The notes under the pieces were generated by a model. That model saw only the letters and a program-made list of their open reading frames with translations. It had not been told where the DNA came from and did no database searches. From Antedon mediterranea (lineage: Eukaryota; Animalia; Echinodermata): 64,000 nt of DNA. The stretch covers positions 704,101 through 768,100 of the forward strand of contig NC_092677.1 in NCBI RefSeq assembly GCF_964355755.1. The letters are read 5' to 3'. Position numbers and translations under genes: made by a program. The stretch's first letter is position 1; every line of letters begins with the position of its first letter. This document shows, in pieces, positions 26,201-38,200 of this stretch.

Positions 26201-29200
26201 GTAGTTTTTGCGTCAGGGAGTTGAGTAATTAGATGTTTTTGCCCTACTCTGACGTAATTTGTACTTTATACCAAGTACATTTGAGAATACTTGCGAAAAA
26301 ATTTGCAAGTAGTTCTCGGGTGGGACTCGAACCCACGACCTCCAGATCACTAGCCTGGCGTATAACGACAATAATAACAACAATTATAATTAATGAGAAA
26401 GTCAGACTTATATTTACCAGATCCTGTAGGAGATGCGAGACTTATATTTTCACTTCCATGCTGATTGGAACCATCATCTTGATCTTCACCTTCAACGATC
26501 TTCCTAAATCATCCACAAAGGAGCATATTGTTGAACACACAAATGTGATGTTCACAAATCATATATATAATAAACATCACCCACAAATATTACCACTTAC
26601 AAAATCAAAATATAGTAGTACTATCATCACTCACAAATGTAATGCAGTCAAATAAGTGCACGACTGAATATTTAGATTACTAGATGTTGCATAATAATGC
26701 TTATTTTATTTAACTTACTAACTTCATTACATAAAAAAAACATATTTTACACTTATTTAATACGTTACATACAAAAAGAAATTTGTAATAACTATTTGAG
26801 TGAAATGAAACACCCATGATTTGTGTTAAAAGTTAAAATCCAATGCATTTTTAAAAGTTAACATAAACTGTTAAAATAGTGTTAGTAAATATTAATCATA
26901 GAATGAACTTCAGAATAATACCCCTTTCACACCAAAACTCTGGAGTAATCTCTGGAGACATCCCAGGGTTTATGACCATTCAAAACATCGAGAAACTCTG
27001 GAGATACCCCTTTCACACCAACCTAGCAACATCGGGGTTTATAAAATAAAATTGTAAATGTCGCCCTCTATTTTGTTTGTTTACATAGCGACGATCATTA
27101 GAATTATTTTAATTGATATTTTTAATTTAATAATTATTTTCAAAAGTATCAGAAGTCATGCAATGTTTCATTGATACTACTTTTTGATTTTTTTGATCGC
27201 AATACATTTTGTACAAATATTTAAAGTATTTTGAAATAAAACTAAAGCAATGAGTGATCCTGTGAGGATGACCTTTTGACCTAAAAACTCCGGAGTTTGA
27301 TGTTGGTACCTTTCACACCAAAACACCGGGGCGTCAACTCCGGAGTGTCTCCGGAGTTTTGATTAGGTGTGAAAGTGGTATTAGATACACAGTGTTATTT
27401 TATAGACGTTACAGACCATACAACCCCAACATGAACAGGCTTAAATAGGTTGCATGCAAATTAAATAAAATGGCAAGTTAAAATTAAAACTGCAGAAATA
27501 TTGCCATTTGCATAATTGTATAGCCATCTAGAGTGTGTCAAGATTTATGTTATTGTTTGTAAAGCATATAAAGAAATATAATTGTTTTGAGCACTCACCC
27601 AATATGCTTATTGTTCCAGCATTCTGATGATAAAACAGAAATTGTTACAAATGTTCTAAGACCTTGAGAATGTATTCAGATTGTTTAATTTAAGAGAATT
27701 ATTATTTATAATAAATAAAGCATTGGCCAAAAAAAGATAATCATGTTTCTTCCGAAATACTAATTCTACAGTTTTCTGAGGTTAGATAGACCTAAGAAAT
27801 AACCCAAAGAGAGCACACCGTTACGGTGATAGTGTAAAAGGGGTATTATAGTAACATGTTTTGTAAATATAGTATACGATGCTTTAAAGTAATATTAAAT
27901 TGTATTATTGATGAATTACTTATATTACATATTTACTTGTTTACCTCCGCCAAGGAGGTATATGTAATCGATCGCGTGTGTTTGTTTGTTAGCAAGATTA
28001 CTCAAAAACTAATTACAAGATCTTTACCAAAATGATAATACAGATATGTGGTCAAGGACCATTCCATTAAATTTAGGAGGTAATTCGGACCACGGTCCCA
28101 ATTCTGGACCACTTTTTAGTATAATTTTCAGACCTGCTAGTGTTAAAAGATAGGACAGAATTTTCAAAAGCCGGCAAGCAGTCTTAAAGTAACAAGTAAA
28201 CTGTATGTAATTGCATTTTCTCGAGAACTACTTGTCCAAAAAACTTCATTTTTGTACAAGAGGCAAGAGTTACAATTTGTGATTTTAACTTTAAAACATA
28301 AATTGATTTAATTTACAGGTTTTTTATACAAGTAGTTTTAAAAAACCTATTTCTTTTCAAATTAATCTGTTTGTTTTTGGCGTTGCTGTTCTATTGTTAG
28401 TCAACAGATTAGAATCTATTGTTAGTTGAAAGGCTGGTTACATAACCATTCAACCAATTCGCATACACATGCTTGTAGTGAAATTAGCCTAAATCACAAA
28501 CGGCATTAGGACACACACAAATATATATATATATTTTCCCGGAGAAATCTTATGTAGGAGAAGTTTACAGTAGGTGGAGGTATGCACTCTCGGAGTGGCT
28601 TTCTAGTTGTTACAGTATTCACAAATTTAAATATATATATTTACAAATGGACGATCAAATTGATAGAGTGGCGGCAAATGTTGACTGTATGTTACGACAG
28701 CTCTATTCTACAATCATTATGTTGATGAAATTATTTTTATTTTTAATTTTGAAAATGATGCTAATTTATCAACTCCATGCATAAGGAAATTAATAATAGA
28801 TGTTTTTTGATGTTTTGATTACCAAATGTGAATATTCTGTTAATACGTCTGTTGTCAGAAAACTGACATTCACTGGGCAACTTTTAAATTGTTTTTCTTC
28901 CTACAAAAAACTCTGATATGTACAATAATCCACAGGATTTTAAAAATCAATGGCAATTTGGTTAGTTTCCATATTGATTTCCTCAACTTAATTACTATTT
29001 GACGTAGGTGCAATCTAGTATACACTGTGTCTAACTAATCAGTTTATTACTGATGATGGTACGGTAGGCTTAAAAACTGTTGTGATCTTTTCCATACTGA
29101 CACGGCTATAAGCCCACCCCCCTAGAACATGAAATCACGTCAAGTTTGGGGGTTGGGCTTATACCTGAGGATCCAAAAATGCAGGTCGTCAAAAACAACA

Positions 29201-32200
29201 CATGTACTGTGTAGACATCATCATCTCTCCTCTGAAACCACCACACGAGTGCCCTCACGATGTGTTGCGACGTGTATGTTGCCTATACACGAGGTGTAGA
29301 GTATCGGAAAATTAAACTTATATACTTAGTGTGTGTCATTTATCGTAGAATATATTATTTTAAACGTCAATTGAACAAGAATTTATCAAGCAGAAAAGCA
29401 AGTATACAGTTTTCGTTAGATAGAAATGTATCAAAGAAATTTAATAAGCCTGTTTATGGCAGCCAATACCAAATAGGGGTTTCCTGTTTTGGCGACTTGT
29501 GATTCGAGCGTAGTGTGTGCAGCGATTTTCGCCCACGACTAAGTGTAAACAAAACAGGACCAATAGGCCTGATATGGACTAGCTTATATTAGCCTAGCTT
29601 TGTTATAATATGCGGTGTATGGAAGTCGCCAGACAGGTCGACCATCACAAAATTAATACGCGCCCTTACCAAATACAAAATAATGTATTACGGCACCTAC
29701 TGTAGATCTTCGAATTAATGGGTGGGCTTATACCCGAGTGCCTGATTTTGCATGAAAATTAGTCAAAAGTCGGGGGTGGGCTTTTACCTGAGTTTGGGCT
29801 TATAGCCGCGTCAGTACGGTAATACAAAAATTATTTTATCTTTTTTTAAACTCCCAATGCTATAAAAACAAGATTCTTTACTTACTTATTGTTACACAGG
29901 CTACAACACTACAGACAATGATAAAACCAAGAATAGCTCCAATGATGATTAAGGCTATTTCCCAATCTTCAAATCGGCCTATATTAAGAATAAAAAAACA
30001 TTCATTTTTTTCAAGTTACAAAAGGTCTATTGGATGGAATTTCTCATTTCTGTAAGGTAAGGTAATAATATAGGTGCTTAATGGTTCACATGCAAATACA
30101 TCTTAGTTACGGGAACAGCCATGTCAGTATGGTTTGATCACAAAAACAATATATAATATGTGTAGTTTTTTGTGATGTTGATTGAGTGGGAGTGATTACA
30201 TGCATGCTGACTCATACTGCCGTTGGAATGCATTGCAATTCCGATTACGTAATAATCAGGGAAAACGGGGCCCAATCGCTGTTATGAAAACCTGCAATTG
30301 TACAATAATTCGGAGCCACTAAAGATAGAAGTGCCGAAAAACCAGTAATTATTGGCATGTCACACTTGTTTACTCTACTACCGTAAATCTTCTAATTGTA
30401 ACCCTGGGTTATTATTCTTTGATTGTTTTTAGGGTGGGTTGTTGAACCTAAAAATGTGAAAACGCCCACAAATGTGAAAACAAATCGCCCACAAATGTGA
30501 AAACGTATCGCCCACAAATGTGAAAACAACCACAAATGTAAAAACGCATCACCCACAAATGTGAAAACAGCGCCCACAAATGTGAAAAAAAGAGAGATCT
30601 TTTCGCCCACAAAAAAAAAAAATCCAAATCAAATTTAGTGCTAGGCCCAAACAATATTGATCGAGTTAATGTTAATGTATTTATATACATTGTATTGAGT
30701 TGTCTCAATAATACGATACGTCTGTTAGTGTCGTGGTTAACGCGTTGGATTATTACCATTTGCTGCTTGTGCGCGCGATAATTGCATGTTAACTCGAGAC
30801 GATATTTGTTATTCGCTGCGTGCATGCACGATACTTCAAAGTTATATCACTGTTGCTTGTAGTGTGTAGTTGTTAACTCATATCGTCTAGAGGAAGGGTT
30901 TTGGTTTAGTGTAGAGTATGCTGTGTTGCCGGTGTCGGAGACTACAATGTTGGTAAAAGCATCACATTGTTGGCGAATTCGTAGAACGGTTGTGGAACTC
31001 GTTCTTTAGTTAGCTGATAGTTAACATCGGCCTTCTCTGTTGTTGAGAGTACACTCTATTCCTGTATGTAGTAATAGCTGTTGCGACAGTCAGTACATAT
31101 GTAATTGTAAACTGTATTTATTTAAGACATTTTGAAAATTAGAGCTGCTCGATGGCTGGAAATGGCACTTAATTTGAAATAAAAATGTATAAGAGTCTCT
31201 AGGACCTCGTCCCACCATGGTCACTGACTGGTGGGGCTGAGGTAAGAACATTTGGAAAAATAGTGCTACTATAAGTACGATGCAAATAGAATTACTTAAT
31301 TTAAAATATGGAAAAAAAATTCTCTAGGAGAATTTTTTTTAAAAATTAGAGCTGCTAAGTTACTGTTCTTTTAATAGTTGTGGTAGGGGTGCAGTCGCTT
31401 ATAATTATGAACTAAAAAAACAAAACTCCTTGTTTTCGTTCAATTGTCTCTACATCTGGGATCCAATAACCTGCATAATCTCTGAATAGGTCAATCGCGG
31501 CTAGCCTTGTCGGTTTCGTTGTGCTGCCTATCGCACACACGGTAGTTTGTGAGCAGCCTTATAATAATAATAATAAATAACATTTATAAAGCGCAAGAGA
31601 CAAAGGTTTCAAAGCGCTGTGTTTTCCAAGATCAGTGCAAGTAGTAGCGTGCGATTATGCTTCTCTGAAGAGATGAGTTTTGAGTTTAGTTTTTAAATGT
31701 GATAACAGATTTTGATGAGCGTATTTCGAGTGGTAGAGTGTTCCAGAGTTTTGGGGCTGCGACAGCGAAAGCACGATCACCGTAAAACCGAGTTCTGGAA
31801 CGGGGTCCAGGTTTTAGAAGAAGTCTGCTGGATGAACGAAGCGAAGAGTTGGTTGACGGAGTAATGATGTCACATATGTAGGCTGGAGCACATCCGTTGA
31901 TGGCCTTATATGTCAGCAACAGGATTTTAAAACGAATGCGCTGATCAACAGGCAACCAGTGTAAGTCACGTAAAACGGGAGAAATATGTTCATGTCGTTT
32001 AGTGCCAGTGATAAGTCTTGCGGCGGAATTTTGGATTCGTTGAAGAGGAGACAGATAAGAAGTTGGTAGGCCGTACAGAAGCGAGTTATTACAGTCCAGA
32101 CGAGATGAAACAAAAGCATGAACAAGACGTTCAGTTGATGTTTTGTCAAGGTACTTACGAATCTGGCCGATCTGGTAAATTCCAAAGGAAGCACCACGGC

Positions 32201-35200
32201 AAACATTACGAATGTGTTCTTTTAAACCGAGGCTGTTGTCTAGTTGGACGCCTAGATTTCTGGCTGAGCTGGAGGTAGAGACACTAGTATCTCCGATATG
32301 GACCAAAGGAAATGATGATGCCTCACGGAACTTTGAATGAAAATGGATCATTTCAGTTTATTTTGAATGGCCCATGAGCGAACATCTGCAATGCATGATT
32401 CAAGGCTGTTAACAGATTCAGAGTGATGTGTAGGTTTCATGATTAAATATAGTTGAGTGTCATCTGCATAGATCATATGACGAACTTCCGGGTGGGAATC
32501 AATGATGTTGCTGAGTGGTCCAGTGTATAAGATGAAATCGAGTGGACCTTTTACGGATCCCTGTGGTACACCCCAGGGTAGAGCGAACTCATCAGACATC
32601 GAATCACCCACAATGATTGCTTGTCTACGATTCTCAAAATATGAAATAAACCATTTCAATGCGGTTCCGCTTATGCCGTATCTTTTATGAAGACGTTGAA
32701 ATAATAAATCATGATTGATAGTGTCAAATGCTGCGGAGTAGTCGAGTAGAATAAGTACCGCTTCATTACCTTTGTCTAAAGCAAGTAGTAGATCGTTTGT
32801 AACACGTAATAAAGCGGTTTCAGTTGAGTGGAAGCGGCGGTAGGCTGATTGGACTTTTGAAAACAGGAAATGTTCATCCATATATGCTTTTATCTGAGCA
32901 GTTGCAATTCTTTCCAAGACTTTGAAAAGGAAGGGAAGATTTGCTATTGGTCTATAATTTTGTAGGACGTTGGAGTCGAGATTTTGCTTTTTCAACAGTG
33001 GCATAACGAGGGACAATTTAAATGCAGATGGTACAGTACCTGATGACAGCGACATGTTGACGATTTTAGTGATATGCGGTAGTAGAGCGTCAATGCAGTT
33101 TTTTAGTAACCGTGTTGGAATTGGGTCAAGTCTACTGGACTTAGATGCGCTTTCAGCGATGACTTTGCGTACCGTATCTTCTGATATTTGCTCAAATTCA
33201 GCGAAACTACTATTACATGACTCGTCGACGTTGACAGTTATTAGTGGAGTGTTTATGGAGTTAAGTTTCTTGCAAATTTTCAGAATCTTTTCATTAAAGA
33301 AACAGCCAAACTGGTTTGCGAGATCCATTGAAGATGTGTGTTTTGGCAGAACAGGAGAAGAATCGACCGAGTACAGTTTACTTATGATGCGGAAAAGGTT
33401 CTTGTCATCCGCATTAGCGATTTCATTGCGATGATAATTGCATTTTGCTAGATCTAGCATATCTTTATATGCTATGCATTCCAACTTGTACCTCTGTTTG
33501 TCGATATCCAAACCAGATTTCAACATTCTGCGTTCTGATCTCCGTTTGACGCACTTCGCTTCACGGAGTTCATTCGTGTACCATGGTGCCCGTGGTCTAA
33601 TGGTGACCAGTTTAGTTGTTAACGGAGCATGTTGGTCAAGGATGTACTGCAATACATTATTGTATTGGTCAGCGAGATCGGAGACATTATCTTCCGGTGC
33701 GCAGACGAGCGGGGAATTCATTATATCTTCCACAAAACAATTTAGATCAATGTTACGAAGTTTGCGGTAAGAGGTTGTCCGCGTTGGTTGTTTAGGATGT
33801 GATAAATCCACAAAGCTGATGACAGCCATATGGTCGGATGGTAGTCCTTGTTTGACAGTGGTTTGTTTTATTATGTTGTCGTTTTTTCGAGAGATTAGAA
33901 GGTCCAGTGTGTGCCCGCTAACGTGAGTGGGGCCTTGGACGTGTTGATGAAGACAACTCGTGTAAAGCAGTTCATCAAATCGCTTGGTGTTGTTGTCCAA
34001 GAGGTCATCTGTGTGAATATTGAAATCACCAACTATCAGAAGGTTTTTGGTGCAAGAGACTGATTCAAGAAGTGATGAGAATTCAGTGATGAACAAGTCA
34101 AAGGTAAGTTTGTTTTTGGTCGATGGTGGTGGTCTGTAAATTGAAATCAAGTTAATTACAGATGAATTGGAAGTGATCTTGATATCCATATGTTCGAAAG
34201 ACCGGAAACTTGTTGAAACATTTGGTGTTATTTGGAGTCCACGGTGCGAAATGATGCATATTCCACCTCCGCGTCCACCTGTAGGGCGTGGCTCATGTGA
34301 CACCACGAAATTTGGGAGGGTGTTACTCACGTCCGCAATAAAGTGGTTGTCACTTGCATCACCTTTCAACCAACTTTCGGTAATTACAAAAATGTCTAAT
34401 TCAACATCCAAAATAAAATCACAAACGTGAACAGTTTTATTTCTTATAGAACGCGCATTCCACAGTCCAAAACAGATGGAACTCGAACTACGAGATTGTT
34501 CAGTATCCACGGAAACAGGTCTGCGAGGTTGAGAGATGTGTTCAGTGGCGGCAGAGATAAGCTTGCTTCGTCGTCGACCAGCCTTCTTTCCTCTATGTGT
34601 TTTTCGAGTTGAGAATGCTCGGCATGTGGTAAAGGCATTGATATTCAAACGATTTATAGTGTCAATTTCTGATGGAGTCAACGATGACTTTAAGTTTCCT
34701 GATAATCTGAGAAGTTGATCACGATCGTAGTAAATCATAGACGCAATAGATGAACTGACAGGTTGAATTAAAGTCAATGAACACCCGTTATGATAAGACG
34801 ATTCGGTTCTGTGAAGTAAGCCGACTACTACAATCCTAGGCCTACCGTAGTTGACAAATCCGGCAAAGAATGTTGAATGAACCGTGGATACGGCTGACCG
34901 CGAAGGCTGACTGCACAGGAATGTGAGTAGACAGGCAAACGAAACTGGCCTAGGAAAACGGAACATTAGTTTCGCTAGTAGACCAACGATGTTATCTTCA
35001 CAAATACATACAACGGTCAGTAATAACCAGGAAAAGTTCGATGTGGCATTAAACACACAGATTTCAGTATACAGAAACTGTAATTTTACAGAAACTTGGA
35101 GAACAGATCAGACTGGCCGCTTGTAAGGCGCACACGTCTGCTTTAAGCCTTCCTATCCGAAGTGTCGATTGAGTCCGAAATGAAAGGATAGAGGAACTAT

Positions 35201-38200
35201 CGTACGGAAAAAACTGACAGACCTGTTTTGTACCTGGTGGTGTAGGTGTACATTTGAAGAAAGCTGGAATCTTAATTAATGATCTGTTGACTGTTTATAT
35301 GGCTTATATAAGACCTATTTTAGAATATGCTGCCCCTGTTTGGCATGGCGCTATCACTAAAGATGTCAGTGTGAAAACAAATCGATATGCCAAATCCTTT
35401 ATTCCCTCCGGTATCATCCAGTACAACAGAAAGTCAAGAAGATAATTTTATCTTGTATTTTTTGATGTTTTTATATGAATGGTTTTATGCTATATTTGTT
35501 TTTATTGTGTTTTCTTGTTATTATGACGAGCAATGAGTTTCCTTTTTGAGGATCTACAAAAGTTATCTTATCTTATCTTATGTCCAAGTCTATTGAAAAG
35601 GTACAAAAGAGAGCATTGCGAATCATGCTAGGTAACAACTATTTGTGCTATGATCATGCATTGTCTGTTACTGGTTTACCTACTCTTGTTGAGAGAAGAA
35701 ACAAACTGGTGTTGTCTTTCGGGGAAGGCTTATTAAAATCCGAGCTGTTTAGAGAAATACTTCCCCCTCTTCATAAGGCAGACTTAGGTCGTCTCCAGTT
35801 CCCACCATGGTGGATATAATTAATAGGCACCACTAGCTCTTTTTTTGATATATAATAAGTGAATGTTTTAAGGTTTTTTATTCATGTATGTTTTAATTTT
35901 ATGGTTCGATATCTAATTTTAATGAGATGTTTCTATTTTTATAGCAATTTTAACTAATTTGTATTTATTTGTAATACAATTCATTTCAGTCCTTGACTGT
36001 CGTTTTTTAATATATTTTTATATACCGAATAAATAAAATAAATAAACTAGACATGAAACTCGTCACTTTGACGAGTTAGTTATCCGCTCGACAAACGCCA
36101 CGTGCACGTCATACGTTACAATATTGTGCACAGAAAAATATTAAGGCATTATGACCTGAACTGAAGAATATGATATGTTGTTATTTCTGAATTCTGTTAT
36201 TTTGTGTCATATAGTATACACAGTACAATCTGTATACATATCACAAACAGTGTAAAATAGGTGAAATTACGGGACCCGTATTTTATTGTAATTTTTAACA
36301 TCTTGACGGTTTCAAAATGAAATGCAAAAGTAGAAATTTCAGAATGAAATTATCTCAGCAACAACATATTAACGTGTAGAAGAAATTTGAATACGTGAAA
36401 TATTGATGCGCGCTCTTTTAAATGTAATGAAATATAATGCAAAAGATGAAAATACGACTTTTTTTATTTAACTGGCCATATGATGACGTCACGACATTCA
36501 ATTGGCACAATTTACACATGATTTTGTATCTACAATACAATAGCTTCCTGAAAACGTTTTAATCGTGATTATCACATTTTATTCTTACGAGGTATAACAG
36601 ATTAAAATTTACTGTAAAGATGAAATTAATGACCAACGTAATTTAAATTTTTAGGCATGATGACGTTAAAAAAATTAAAAAAATTTTAATTCATGCAAAA
36701 GATAGTTGATTGACCTAGAATATATTAAAATCGGGGTGAAAATAGACAACGAATAAGTGGAGATGCGCTCTATTAAATGTGATGAGCTATGACGAAAGAG
36801 ACAAAAATCCTATATTTTATATTCGCGTGGCCATACGATGACGTCACAATGTCCGGTTACCCATATTAATGCATGATCCGATATCTACAACTCATCAACT
36901 TCCAGAATATGTAATTAAAAAAAAGTTCTCCATGTAGTTTAGAATCTATGACTGTTTAAAAATAGGCATAATTTTGACAAATTTTTGAACTTTTTCACCA
37001 AAAACGCGTGCAAATTATGTAATTCGACGTGCTCGTATGACGTAATTTTAAGTCGAAATTGCTTAAAAGTTGGTAACATTACTAGAAAAGGCTGAAAAAA
37101 CATAAATCACGCGAAAAAAATATGTTTTTAACGCTACGTGTGCACCGCGTGCGTAAAAATTTTTGCGCGCGTGGGAATTTTTGACATGCTCAAAATGACA
37201 TGAAACGCATAGAAAGTTGATTAGAAGTTGATTTTTCGCATCCTAAAATTTTAAACGCACGTACGCGCGTAACTTTTTGTGAAACATGCTATTTTTAATC
37301 CATAGAAAGTTTGCGCTTGATATGACTTAAATTTTCACAAAGTGTCAAAACAAAATTATGTTTGGTTTTTAGTCTATGATCAATCATTGAAATTCATAAA
37401 ATCGCGCGTACGTCACGTTGCGCAACTCTGACGTCATTCAAAAATAGGAGGTGCACAAGTTCACGTAAATGTCGATGTGTTGACAAAGTTACGATATGTT
37501 CTGTTTACACGTTTTAGAGAAACGCGACGCACAAAAATGACAGAAAGAAAGAAGTATAATACAGAAAAAAAAAAAAAATTTGATGAAACAGGACGATTAC
37601 AAGGAGTTATCCGTTACTAAGCGGATAACTAATAAAAACACAGGAAACTAAACATTTATACTATAAATCTAACCTGACCTGTGGGCATGGATAACCATGT
37701 CTTCAGCAAATATAGTAGTATAGTGTTCTCTACTGTATGTGGCATCAATGTTAAATTGACATGATGGCTAATGAGCAGGATGAGGGTTATAAGGGGTAAT
37801 TCCTTTTACAGGCTGGGTGCATGGACAGGGTTCAACTTGTATTCCTGGCATGCTAAAATGTAAAGTTGTATTTTTAAAGGAGATGCTCATGAATGACTCT
37901 AGGGGTCTGCCTGTTTTTAATGAGTTTTTAATCAATTCAATGAAAAATAGTGATAGTGCTCCACAATTGTTTTAAAACATCTAGACCTGACCTTGATTAA
38001 ATGGAATTAAAAGCAATGTAATGTAGCTCACACATTAATAAAGCACTGATCACATACAATATGCAGAGGATGAATGACATTTCTTTGGAATGTTTACAAC
38101 AAAAACATCAAATGACAAAAAAAAACCATAATCACATTTTGCCTAGCATACTGTACATATGATTTACAATATGAAGCAACAAGTGAAGTTATAAACAGTA

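Noticed and set aside
30392-30825. Phe/His/Trp-rich ORFs
   Set aside because: Translation of the CGCCCACAAATGTGAAAA array.
34740-35056. Hydrophobic N-terminal extension of the LINE ORF as a possible membrane or envelope-like protein
   Set aside because: Starts at a non-ATG codon; the conserved region starts near MIYYDRDQLL, so it is probably open 5' UTR.
32018-35126. Several plus-strand ORFs over the LINE
   Set aside because: Antisense shadows of the RT reading frame.
37678-37853. Segment with acceptor- and donor-like sites on the minus strand
   Set aside because: Stops in all three frames and no recognisable domain; it cannot fix the EGF exon phase.
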